Assembly: GCA_021432655.1 (NCBI GenBank)
Contig: MU271218.1
Coordinates: 90,335 to 146,918 of the forward strand
DNA: 56,584 nt
Reading direction: 5' to 3'
Source of the DNA: Atractiella rhizophila
Taxonomy: Eukaryota
The translations under genes and the position numbers were made by a program. This document shows, in pieces, positions 34,392-46,319 of the stretch. The stretch's first letter is position 1. The number at the start of each line of letters is the position of its first letter. Below the pieces are notes generated by a model. The model was not told the origin of the DNA. It saw only the letters and a program-made list of their open reading frames with translations, and did no database searches.

Positions 34392-36035
34392 TCAGGATGT
34401 GAAGGGAGTTTGGTTTGCGGCATTAGATTCTTGGAGATACGAGACCTGAGAAGCGTTTAGATCTCTGGCTAAATCTCTGCCTCCAGTAAAATCACCGCCA
34501 GTGCAGCCTGTGCGGGAGATTTTGACAGGAAAATCCTTCTCTTCTTCACCACATTGCTCCTCACTCGAATGTTCCTGCTCCTTGATGAGAAATGAAGGAA
34601 CCCGAACAAGAGAACACTGACCCTTTTGATTTGAACGGTCGTCTCATGCTGCACCGAAATGGCATTCATGAACATACTGGGTGTGATTTCGTTGGAATTA
34701 GGAAGAGCAAATTCAGAATCTGTAGTCGTACGGCCAGGAGTACCAAGGGATTTCCTGATCAAGAGATTTATAAGGAGAGTGATCGTGTAGATACGACCGA
34801 TATTAAAAGCAATGCCCGATGAGGCATTACTGTAGAAACCGTCAGACACAGCGGCTGGATGGCAAAGGGTTCTATACCTTGTATTGTTGTGCAGGTAGGT
34901 TATCAATGCACAGGTAGTAATCTGGAGAGCGATGTCAATCCCAAACGATCTAGAGGGCGACTGCATCCTACCAAGGCAGTTGGGGTACCACTCTCGATTG
35001 CAAGTAGGCATAATGTTGAGAGCAATTTTTTAGTCTCTATAAATTGGCAGGTCAGTTTCAGCTAAACGTGAGCATGAACTCACGCTGAAGTAGAGGCTTA
35101 GATCGATAAAGCAAGAGATGAACAATCAAAGTGGTAGCAATGGCAACATCTAAGTCGAACATTAGAAAATATGCAAGTCGACTCGTGCAACTTACCACAG
35201 ACAGCATGTGTGGCCACAGACAGACTGACTGATGCCGTAAGCCTGTGTCGTTCCGAATATTCCTTGTGTATGACCAGCATCACTGAGAGAAGTACACCAC
35301 ATCCGAAGGAAACAAGAGCAAGAATTGCTAATATGCTGGTACGTATGAAGTTACGAGACAGTCTGTGGTAACGCTGGATAAAGTAGCTTTGTACTACCAA
35401 GGCGACAGTGACTACAGTGATGTTAAGGTAGTTTCTGTCCTAGAAGAAGGATTGACCAGTAAGAAAAATGTAAGTGGGAAACTCCCATCCTACATTCGAA
35501 CGTCAGAGAGCTGCACACTAACAAACTGAATGAATTGCTCACCTTGTCGCAGGAGGTACGCTTCATTCCCCCAATTTGTGACCGTGTATGCATAAACGCC
35601 TGAGGGATCATCAGGAAAGGGGAACAAACGGAAAGAAACGCACATGACATTTCTACGGCTGTACAAGCCGTATCCACAATAGCGCACTAAACACCGTCAT
35701 TCTTCGTTCTCATGATGAAATAAACGACGGAGAGGGACGATGGCAATAGCCGTTCGCATTAGCGGTCCATCCTTCGAACATGCTGCCGAATAATACAGGT
35801 ACACCAGACACCTGAAGGAGTCACATAAGATGATGAAGCTCTAAGGAGAGTTACATTTCAAAACCCCATAAAATGGCATTCGCCCTGTCAAAGGTCAAGA
35901 GCTGTCCAGGCGCCATTACAAAGGGCTCTCACCACGCCCCGATCACTATCGAAAGAATCAACTGCATTCGGAAAGAACTTAAATACGGAACTTACCAATA
36001 GGGACGACCACAATTCGAAAAGCTTCAGATGGCAT
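34392..36035 (-). CDS. DUF6534-like multipass (about 7 TM) integral membrane protein, multi-exon
   Basis: ATG at 36035 (MPSEAFRIVVVPI). Spliced translation includes DTACTAVEMSCVYAYTVTNWGN, VVQSYFIQRY, DVAIATTLIVHLL, AIESGTPTAL, IGRIYTITLLINLLIR; stop 34392-34394. These motifs are typical of basidiomycete DUF6534 proteins. Confidence 0.85.
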
Positions 36036-36559
36036 TACGAAAGCTTCAGGAAAGTATTTTCGAGTGAAACAGTGTTGTTCAATTCCTTCGACGTAAAGTT
36101 GGTTACTGAGAGGTCTTTGCTCTCCCAATTCCTAAGAGAACAAATCGAGGGGTTCCAGCGATTTATTTCGTTGCTCCTCTTTTTCTAGACACGAAAATTG
36201 GGGTGTTTTCGGTTCTTCTGCACCGTAGACGAAACGAAATTGGAGCGTCCCTTCCAGTTGATCTGCAGTACAGGACAACATCAGTTGAGACCTCTGAGAG
36301 ATCTAGTTCCATTCGGCCCGGCTACAGTTGGACTCCGAAATCCTGTCGAGGCTCGAAGCGCGCATGTTCCCAAAAATCAAGATCAAAAAAGATCAGTTTT
36401 ACGACTCTGAGAACCGAAACCCACGAACCCACACACTCTTAGGCTGTAGAGCTATGTTTTTGGATGGGCAAGCTGCTTGGAATGTGCAAAGGGGAGTGAT
36501 AGTACAGTGGCAATATCGTCGACATTTTAGCAGGTCCGATCTTTAAGATTGAAGCGACA

Positions 36560-38397
36560 AGCACGGAGGAATGCTCTGAACGAGGAAGGCTTGCGTTATT
36601 GATATTGTAAAAGATGATGATGTCGTCGGCAAGAAGGATAACAGCACCGAGGTCTATATCCTTCTTGAGCAGAGTGAATCGAGTGAAAAGGATACCGAAG
36701 TCGCAAGAGTATGCGTCTCTTCGCTATCTCCGTTCCGAAATACGTTGGTTCTCTTTGCTTCTCATTCGTCACCAAAACATTTAGCGCCTTAATCGATTCT
36801 CCATTGGCACGAAGAATGAAGAGTTTGATAGACAAGACATGGCGATCCAGCTTGGTAACAATGGTTTCGTCCCTCCGGTGATATCCTCTTCCGGCGACGT
36901 ACATATATATTCGAACATACCCAGTGCGTTGTGCCATCATCGCTCAAGCCTCCAATCGCCAGCCCTTGAATCTCACTCCTATAGAGTTCACGCGTTCAAC
37001 CTGATGACCACGACGCACTACTATGAGAATGGAACCTAAAGGGCATTTGGTGAAAAAAAAAGACTGGAAGAATCGAAGTTATTCGGGTCAGACCTTGCGG
37101 GAGTGCAAAATTATCCAAGACTAGTATACACTTGTGAGCGTTGAAATATTGTGCGACAGCCATAAGCTCGTCATCACCAGGTTGAGGCGTTAATCCAAAA
37201 ACTCCCTTGCAAAGGTTGGTGGAGAGAGAGGAGAAGTCGGAGCAAGCGTCGCATCGAGTCCAAAAGCGAAAGTCCTCTTCCCTACCATCAGTCACCGTCG
37301 TAAATGTGTTCTCAATTTCGAATGCATGTAGGAGTTCCGGTGGCCACTCCCAAAACATAATTGTGCATTGAGGAGTTAAAGTGTCAGCGTCTTGTAACAA
37401 CTGATGAAGCTGAAGTATCCGAGCATTCTTGTTTCCCTTCTCGGCGAGAAGTGGCGGAGGGCTATAAGTGATACGACAGACTTCTGCCAGCTTCTCGTTC
37501 ATCCACCTTTCGACAAGAAATGGCGAATAGAGCGACACTAAACTTGCAAAGGTTTGCCGAGATCAATGCCCATGTTTCTTTCTTTGTTTGTTGCAGCCGA
37601 TGAACCCGGATTGCTGTCGAGCCCAAATTTGAGTAGAGTGGTGGTTCTCTTTGACCCTGCCTCTCTCCTCGGTGCGATATCACAAGACAGGTGTCGTTTC
37701 AGCATCCCGTTGTTTCGCTGCAAGTGAGAACTTCCTCCTGGGTGAGAAACGGTCACCGTTGCAATGAGGAGACAATAGACGTATGAGGAAAAGGTATTCT
37801 TTCTGCCTCTGACTTATACAAACGACGAGACAGTCCAAGGAATGAGAAATCGTTGCCTTGGGTTATCACGGCGATGAATAAGCTGAAACTCTTCTTGTAG
37901 GTCCGTCCGTGTTGGACTTCTTATTGTTATGAAGAGAATCAAGGTATATTTTAACACTTTTATAGGGCAGGTGAAGACTATTGAACGAATGGCAAAATAA
38001 GAACGGACCAGTTGGTAACGTTGTGCACCAATTCGATCAAGAGGTGACTTGGGAAATAAGAGATACGAGGAGAGATCGTGACAATCTTGTCCTCGCATGT
38101 CAGACAACACTGGTGGTAAATCTCAAAAATAATATTGTTGTCGTAAGAGACCATATATTCACCGGAAACTAATCTTTAGATAGACGATCTTGTAACTCAT
38201 AAGGAGAGTGATAAGGAGTCGCTCCCATGAGGAGTCAATTCATAGAAAGATACATAGTCTGATCCATCCTTCTCGTGCGTCATGAGTCTAATGAACACAG
38301 ACGTTAGCATCACAGATTTGAGAAGACGCATTATGAGGCGAAAGAGTAACAAATCATTTCGATGAGGAAGGAGCAAGAAAACAAGGCTGTAGTACAT
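36560..38397 (-). pseudogene. Degenerate NB-ARC/STAND (fungal NLR-like) gene relic
   Basis: FRFWTRCDACSDFSSL...FGL...CILVLDNF (Walker B-like); after a frameshift in the A9 run at 37053-37061, SILIVVRRG (sensor-1-like) and ETIVTKLDRHVLSIKLF (GxP-like). Walker A is absent. Several stops and frameshifts; ends approximate. Confidence 0.55.
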
Positions 38398-38646
38398 TTG
38401 GCAGCTCAGTCAAGCTATTCGATATTATGTTTCAGTTCGACACATAATTCGTCTCATTCCTCCTGAATATTTCTTTCTCGAGACGACCATTAATGAGAAT
38501 CTCGAAAATCTGCACTTTGTCTTTTGTGCCCTGGTCTCGGAACCGAAGATCATCAAAAATTTGGTCCGCCACCCGTGACTTGAACGACCAACGACAACGA
38601 CATCACCCACTCATAGATATTTTACCAGCTCCCTCAGTTATCAATC

Positions 38647-39747
38647 ATGTCCACTGAAGCTGCCTCCAATATTCCTACCTTCAAACTCGTCCTTGGTGCG
38701 CTGTTTCTTCTGCAGCCGAAGAGGAGAACTGGAATACTGATGTGATTTGGATGGATCAAGTCGGTGATGGTGGAACAGGAAAGACCACTTTCGTCAAGGT
38801 TTGTCGTTCTCTCCGTGTCTGTGGGCTAGACCTGAGTACTGTTTCAATGGTAGCGACACTTAACTGGTGAATTTGAGAAAAAGTGAGTTTTTCTGTTGCA
38901 TCATCAGATGCGCGCTGATCGCGTCTGAATCAGATACATTGGTTTGTTGCACTCATCCTCCTTACCATTTCTTTCAAAAACACGTGTGGATCTCAAGCCT
39001 AATATATCTGACACGGAATAGCTACGCTTGGTGTCGAAGTTCACCCACTCACCTTCCACACCAATGTGGGAACGATCTGCTTCAACGTTTGGGATACCGC
39101 AGGACAGGAGAAGTTCGGAGGACTGAGGGATGGATATTATATCCAGGTTCGCCTATCCCTTTGGACTTTCAATGGGAACAGTAACTCTGATCGATTGTTC
39201 GTCAACAGGGTCAGTGCGGTATCATCATGTTCGACGTCACTTCGAAAATCACATATAAGAACGTCCCCAACTGGCACCGCGATCTGGAGAGGGTGTGTGA
39301 GAATATCCCTATCGTTCTTTGTGGCAACAAGGTCGATGTCAAGGTATGTGTGCTTGCTGAGTGTTCTTCCGCCATGACTCATGGATTGGTGTGGATGAAA
39401 ACAGGAGCGAAAGGTTAAGACCGGAGCAGTCACCTTCCACCGCAAGAAAAATTTACAATATTTTGAGATCTCTGCTAAATCGAACTACAACTTCGAACGT
39501 CCTTTCCTCTGGCTTGCTCGCAAGCTTGCTGGGTAAGTTGGCTCTCTCCCCTCCTATTCTGAACTGCATTTACGGATCTTGACCTTGAATCCATGTGCGC
39601 AGAAACCCTGCTCTTGAATTTGTTGCAGCCCCTGCTCTCGCTCCTCCAGAAGTCCAACTCGACCAAGCCCTCATGGCAGAATACGAGAAGGCGCTTCAAG
39701 ACGCCGCCGCCGCACCACTGCCAGATGAAGATGACAATGATTTCTAA
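38647..39747 (+). CDS. GSP1: GTP-binding nuclear protein Ran/Gsp1, 8 coding exons
   Basis: Exons 38647-38695, 38761-38798, 38854-38882, 38934-38941, 39022-39146, 39209-39343, 39405-39532, 39603-39747 give [37 protein letters not shown]...[17 protein letters not shown]...NKVD...EISAK...LPDEDDNDF*. Confidence 0.99.
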
Positions 39748-40812
39748 GCGCTGTCATCTGGGCAGGCCTTGGGGGGAGAGCTCCTAAGGTGGGTGGAGAT
39801 GAGAGCGTGGAGGATAGAGATTCTTGTTTCTGACGACCTCTGAGATTGAGATTGAGATTGTGTTGTTAAGTTGGAGACAAGACTGTGTTTATTTTGGAGT
39901 GACAAAATGCCTGGATCAATAAATGACTAAAGATATGAAGTTTTGAAGCACAGTGGGTTGGTCTGTTTCTTAACTGAGCGTCTGAAGGACCATACCCTGA
40001 GTAAAGGCCGCGAACTCTGCGCTGTCGTATTATAAACACGTTTATGATTTGCGATCCCATGGCCTCCATGATGAATTGAGTTCAAATCGTTCTTTTTGTT
40101 CTTTTGTTGCCTCCTTCCATCATAATGAACCATGACTATGTTCCCACTCGGAAATGTGGCAAGTGGAATACTCAAAATTCCAGACTTTGCATGTCTACGT
40201 GACTGATCATATATTCGCATTCAGGTTTAAGCTCGTTCAACGTTCAACAGCTTGCTTTCTGTTGTTTTGCTGCGAGTTCACCATTCATTTCGCTACTGGT
40301 ATCTTCTTCAAGTTCTTTAGATCCTCGGTTAGTATTCACGACTCACACACGCCAACGCATACGCGTTACTAGGAAACAATGAGCACTTCTTCACAACTTC
40401 AACGTTGTGTTTTCTTGCTTGAAGCTTGAAGTCGGACGAGAAATCTTTGGATCGACGGTTGAGAAAGCTGCGGGAGGAGTAAACTTCCAGGTTGGTGCAA
40501 CGCTTCTTCCTTCTTTCCTTCTCTATATTTGTTTCCTCCTTCTCGTCTAGCGCCGCTCGCAGGCGAGCCTACCCACATCAGTGTCGGATTCGGGGAACGA
40601 CTAAGATAAGGGCTGGATGGATGGAGATCTCAGATCGCCTTTGGCTAGTGCTGGCAGCCTCATGGGTAATGGGTATAAAGCGGGAGGCGCTTCTGACGCT
40701 GCGTCCTGGTCTCTGTTGCTCATATTTCACTTCTTCAAAATTTGCCTCGCCATTTATTGCAGGTCTCAACTCCATCGATCAAGGTACGAAGGACGGCCGA
40801 AAAGGTCGGGAG

Positions 40813-42432
40813 ATGGGTAAGTCTGATTTGGGCCGTTGTATCGCTCATTCAGCTCGCATTTTCTGCCTAGACTATGATGACCCGCCACCAGTTCCTCCCG
40901 AACTTGCCCATTCACTCCTAATAAGCAATGTTCAACCACTTCTCATTGGTCTCTGGGTGACGATCGCTCTTTGGACGGTAGAGGTCATGCTTGCCATTAA
41001 GTGGTATCAGAAATATTGGAGTAAAGACCACTGGTTGGTGAAAATTGCGATCCTTGTAGTAAGCCCGTCACCTTCTTCGACATCTCTTCAATACATCCCT
41101 ATCTATCAGGTAGTTCTCAACGAGACAACCGCGCTGGTAACGACTTCATGGGAAGTTTACGAAATATGTATCACTCATTGGAGTGAGCATTCCTAATTAC
41201 ACAAGAAAGGCGCCTGCTGAGTTTGACAGGCGACATAAGCATCCTGATCAAACTTCGCTGGCAAACGTTAGTTTCTAGCTATTTGCCCATACACTGAGAC
41301 CCAAGCTGAGTTGGCAAACAGAAAAGTGCATCCTCTCTTTATCGGTTCGTCCACTGCTTCACGTCAAAGCAGTTGGAAACTCTGCTGAATTACATTCTCC
41401 ACTGAGGCAGGCATCAGCTCGGCAATTCTCCAGGTGTACCTACTCGTCCGATACTTCCGTATCGCGAACAACAAGTGGATCACTGGCCTTCTGGGATTGG
41501 GAATTGGTGCCAGCGTAAGTTGTGACTTTGAATCCAAACATATGAATAAGAGGACTCCCAGTTCGCAACCTGCATTCGACTAGTTGTCATCCTCATCCAT
41601 CAACATCCTTACCCTTCCCCAGATATGGACGGCGTTCCTCGAATAGTGACAGCATGGCTCATCACCGCTTCTGTAGTCGGTTCGTCCGTCCACCGCTGAC
41701 CGCTTCCTTCCTCTGATCATCGGTGGGATGGGTGACCAGATATCCTCATTACGCTCGCTCTCGCCTTTTGTGTGTACAAGATGCGACGGAAGATCATGGC
41801 GAAGGGGACGAAGAGACTGTTGGGACAGGTGATCCAGATCTCATTCGAGACTGGGGGACTCACGAGCGCACTCCAAATCGGTAACTTATCTTTTCCTCAC
41901 GTTCTGGTTCAACCTGAAGTGAAAGGAAGCTGAACACCCGCCATAGCTGCCCTGATCACATATCTCTGCGGTCGTGCCAAGGCGACGAACAACGGGATTG
42001 CCTATCCGCTCCGGACCACCCGTCAGTTCTTCCGTTACAGGTGTGGCATGCTGACGACGTCTGTTTTACGATTATTCAAAACAGTTGGCCTCGTCTTCTT
42101 CTACAACCTCCTCGTTCGTTCCTCTCTCCTGCGCACCAACACGCCGTCCGAATCCCCAACTTTCTCGCTCTCCGAACCCCAATCCTGGTCACGGTGGAAA
42201 ATGTGGAGGAGGAGGGAAAGAGAGCTGGAGATTGGCGTGTCGGTGGAGGTTGTGCAGGAGACGGTGAAGAGTGATGCGGTTCGTTTTTTCTATCATCCCT
42301 CATTCTTTCTTGGAAAACTGCTCTCCTTAGAGGCAGCTCAGAGAAATTGTCACAAAGAATCCAGAGTTTGCATGGACATATGTCCTTATCCGGCTCACTC
42401 ACTTCGCGAGACGCCGATACTCTCATCTTTAG
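40813..42432 (+). CDS. Divergent DUF6534-like multipass membrane protein, multi-exon (3' end uncertain)
   Basis: ATGG|GTAAGT first exon at 40813, then PLLIGLWVTIALWTVEV...KDHWLVKIAI, EICITHW, ILQVYLLVRYFRI, AWLITASVVDILITLAL, FETGGLTSALQIAALITYL, FFYNLLVR, with canonical introns. Confidence 0.82.
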
Positions 42433-42936
42433 TCTTTTTGTCATAAAAATAAACAGGCTCGACAATTCTAGCCAGTTCCCCCCTTTCTACCGGAAATTTA
42501 CACCTCAAAGGCCTCCGTTCTCTGCATATACACAAGACATTCCGCCATCATTGCTTCGTTAGCTGGGAATATTATCTCGCTGACCTCGAACTGGGGCGAA
42601 ATAGGACGAGCACGCTATCAGCTTGGACTCCGCCGCCGCCTACTACCGTTCGCGTTCACGGGCTCTTGCCGCTGTCCCCTCTAGAGTGGTGGAGGAGGTG
42701 GAGGTTGAAAATATTCGATGATTGTTTATGGTATCATTGGTATTTCATGTTTATATAAGGCCTATCGTACAGCTATGTAAATTCAGACTTGTTCCCAGTC
42801 TCAACCTCGCATTCCGCACTCTCGCATTCTAACCTTAACCTTTCCGTATACGCCGTATTCACAATATCCTTATATAAAAAGCACGACGGGTTTGACCATG
42901 ACTCACGCATGTACTTTTGAGCTCTTATATCACCGC

Positions 42937-43200
42937 CCACAACAACCCTGTCAGAATTCTGAGCATACCAACAGAATACGCGTGCCGGCGCCCTTCGAAC
43001 CGTATACAGCAAAGTCCATTTGAAAGACGAAAAAAAAATTGTTTTCCCCAACTGACTCATGTGACTTCTTGGTCCACAACAACCCCCTTAAAATTCTGAG
43101 CATACCACCAGAATACGCGTGTCAGCGCCTTTCCAACCGTATACAATAAAGCTTATTTAAAGGACAAAAAACAGTTGTCTTCCATGACTGAGTCAAGTGA
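42937..43200 (+). repeat. Two imperfect 137-bp tandem repeats in the Helitron 5' region
   Basis: CCACAACAACCC...AATTCTGAGCATACCA.CAGAATACGCGTG...AACCGTATACA starts at 42937 and again at 43074. Confidence 0.9.
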
Positions 43201-43510
43201 CCGACTTCGGCACTTTGACAAAATTTTCCTTAACTACTCAAATACGGCAACAAGGGACAGAGTTTGTGCGATGGTGTAGTTGGTGTATGGTTGGGTAGTT
43301 GAGTCTTGGCTGATTGGTGTTGGTGTGGGTTCGATTCTCAGTCATGTCACATTTTGTCACTGCCGAATCCTATTATGTGCAAACTGCTTGCCCGCAATTT
43401 CTAATTTCTTCAGAGCTTTCTGAGACTTCTCATGTCATGCACCAAAAACTGTTGTTTGCCAACTATGAGGGAAAGTGAGCAATTTGTTATGTGCAGCAAG
43501 CTACACTCTC

Positions 43511-44149
43511 ATGCCACGTGCAATTCAGAGAAATCAAACAAGAAATCGAGAGCGTCGATCCAAACGGCATCAATGTCTGCAGCAGGAGGCACCACTATAC
43601 CAGGGTCGACCTGTAAGAGAGAGGCAACACCCTGCACATTTTAATCCTACTCCACCTACTCCATCTCAACATGAGACAAGATCAACTAGGGCTCCACGTC
43701 AGTGTCAGCGGCACCGTCGAAGCTCTTCACTATCTATATCATCACGACCAGCTCAACGACATTGGAGACAGCATTCACCCTCCGCTGAGGAATACAGTGA
43801 AGAAGAAACCCGATCATACCCATCCTCTCCTGATCCTGATGGTGTGGACAGTGATGAGGATAGGGCATTAATCCTGTTGTTGCGAGGCGAAATAAGGCAA
43901 CATCACTGTCCTGCATTCAACTACTCACCTGATATGGATCTTGAGGCACACCACCTCTCTACTTGGGGATTACTTTGTACACATTGCAAAGCCTTTCATT
44001 GGATGGAAGAGAAGATCGTTAACAGCCCACAACGAAATCCAAAGTTTGCATTGTGCTGCCTCCACAGCAAGGTGCTGCTACCTGTTCCTCCACCTCCACC
44101 TGAAGAGCTACGAAAGCTTTTTTACACATGACAATACAACAGGTAAGTA
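43511..44149 (+). CDS. Helitron RepHel N-terminus (zinc-finger region), partial and probably frameshifted
   Basis: CTHCKAFHWMEEK...KFALCCLHSKVLLPVPPPPPEELRKLF matches the CxxCxAxxWxxE...FxxCCxxGKVxLP signature of Helitron RepHel proteins. Confidence 0.85.
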
Positions 44150-44174
44150 NNNNNNNNNNNNNNNNNNNNNNNNN
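44150..44174. other. Assembly gap (25 N)
   Basis: Run of N in the sequence. Confidence 1.
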
Positions 44175-44626
44175 GTGGAGGTTGTGCAGGAGACGGTGAA
44201 GAGTGATGCGGTTCGTGTTTTCTATCATCCCTCATTCTTTCTTGGAAAACTGCTCTCCTTAGAGGCAGCAGAGAAATTGTCACAAAGAATCCAGAGTTTG
44301 CATGGACATATGTCCTTATCCGGCTCACTCACCTCGCGAGACGCCGATACTCTCATCTTTAGTCTTTTTGTCATAAAAATAAACAGGCTCGACAATTCTA
44401 GCCAGTTCCCCCCTTTCTACCGGAAATTTACACCTCAAAGGCCTCCGTTCTCTGCATATACACAAGACATTCCGCCATCATTGCTTCGTTAGCTGGGAAT
44501 ATTATCTCGCTGACCTCGAACTGGGGCGAAATAGGACGAGCACGCTATCAGCTTGGACTCCGCCGCCGCCTACTACCGTTCGCGTTCACGGGCTCTTGCC
44601 GCTGTCCCCTCTAGAGTGGTGGAGGA
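44175..44626 (+). repeat. Near-identical copy of 42243-42696 (3' end of the divergent DUF6534 gene)
   Basis: 452 vs 454 bp, differing by two substitutions and one 2-nt indel by eye; begins right at the gap. Confidence 0.95.
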
Positions 44627-46242
44627 TTTGAAATGATGTTTCATTCGGGGAATTGGAGGAAGGAAAAGAAGAGGCTTTTAAGTGCGTTATATTACTTCCT
44701 GGGACTCAATCTAGTTAAATTTCAACTGAATGTCATCAGGGCAAATGTAGAGGTATTGCGACACGTGATGAGTTATGTTGGACATTGCAATTAAGCAGTT
44801 AGCAATCCGAATGAGCGCCGTGAAGTCTCTCAGCTATTGCATCTACAGCGTCCTTCACACGTCACTTTTTGTGTATGCTGGGAGTTATCGTAAACATCCA
44901 GTCCATGTGAGCCGCTGACGTTGCCAGGGAACTCACAGTCGGTAACATCTGACTGGTAGATTCATTTTCATTTTATGAATATTGACGCGCACTGCACCCA
45001 TCGCACCCATCCGGCGACGCTGCAGTCCGGTGCACCACTCAAAGTTCCTCTCCTGCTCGACTTGCTAGCGGAGTTCTACTCGCCGTCAGTCGTCTCTTTC
45101 GCCCCTGCTTCGGCACTTCATAACCCACAGCTGAGAAGTAGCCGATTGTCCGCCTGACCATCCTACTAACCTGCCACCTTCGTTTCTCGTCCTCTCCCTC
45201 ATGCTGTCCCACATGAGCCGTCATAGGCTTCCCTGGCTCTGTTACGCGATGTGAGTAGAGCTCACCTTGTTTTTTTTTGTTTTTGAGGCAGGGCCTTTAT
45301 TCTTACAGGATGGGCAAAAACGGCAAACCAGGAGGGGAAACGTTATCTGTCCACTAGAGCCGTCACCAGCGCGGAGAGGTTGGCACTACTTCTCTCTCTT
45401 AATCCTTGGTCCGCTCCCTTGGGCCTCACATTCTCAGGCTCAAAGGACAGCTTCGCTTGTAGACAGGTCCTCCTTGCAGCTTCACGGTTTCGCTCGCATC
45501 ATGATTACTTGAACGTCGTAATCCTGCAGACTATTTCCCCTGTCTCCTCTTCAAACTCGCAAAATTGAACACCCGGAGAGTTTACTCGCCAAACTTAGAG
45601 GAGAGGGGAAGGCGACGGGAGGGAAGTTGAGACCACCAGATGTATCTCCCTCTTCCATGCTCGGCCGAGAAGCTGGTGAAATTCATGCTGTTCGCTGCCT
45701 CATTTGCATTGTTAGAACAATTTGAACTGAACAAAGATCAAAACTGTTTACATTTCACACACACTCGATGTCTGAACGCATCTTCTTCCGCTTTGATTCT
45801 CGTTTAGTGTCAGGGGAGCCAAATCCACAACATTCAACTTGGATTGAATATGTATCGTACAAATTTCAGAACCTACAGTATGGTCAGTCTTCTTTCTCCC
45901 CGCCCCTCTCAGAGATTCCTACAAACGGTGTGGGTAGTGGGTTCTCAGAGCGACCCATCAACGTATCATCGAGCATCGATCATCGTTGGAACCTCCGCAC
46001 GTCTAGAAAAGCCCTATAGTGCCAATGGGTGTGGTTGAAAACAACGAGATCACCAGAAGCCGCTACCTGCACCCATTTGCAGATGAACAGAACAGTCATT
46101 CCAATTGCTTTTCTACCTAGGCTGAAGAAGCGCCAGGCGGAAGTACCGAATTTATGCGTCCCGAAGGGCAACAGAAGGTTTTTGGAGCCGTTTGGTCTTG
46201 TAAGAATCTGGAGAGGGAAGTAATAGCTCTGTGAGAAACTCG

Positions 46243-46250
46243 TTTATAAG
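46243..46250 (+). promoter_or_regulatory. Candidate TATA box (TTTATAAG)
   Basis: About 75 bp upstream of ATG 46320; the same TTTATAAG lies at 49580-49587 upstream of the paralog. Confidence 0.5.
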
Positions 46251-46319
46251 ACATGGGAGAAAGAGGCACCACCTGTTTCTCACTTTCCACACGAAAATAT
46301 TGTGCTGACTGCTGTTGCG

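Larger units (their letters stand above)
42867..44149 (+). mobile_element. Helitron, 5' portion (cut by assembly gap)
   Basis: Candidate 5' end A|TCCTTATATAAAAAGC at 42867 followed by a RepHel N-terminal ORF. Confidence 0.8.

Noticed and set aside
28263..35325. The 934-bp direct repeats as the LTRs of the copia element
   Set aside because: They lack TG...CA termini, contain spliceosomal introns and host coding exons, and the real LTR with PBS is at 34217-34390.
39841..39860. (TGAGAT)3 repeat after Ran
   Set aside because: Short ordinary microsatellite in the 3' UTR.
40492..41196. 234-aa single-exon ORF
   Set aside because: It is read-through of upstream sequence and introns of the DUF6534 gene that starts at 40813.
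43265..43350. A functional tRNA gene
   Set aside because: The acceptor stem pairs poorly and there is no anticodon stem-loop; kept only as a tRNA-like promoter finding.
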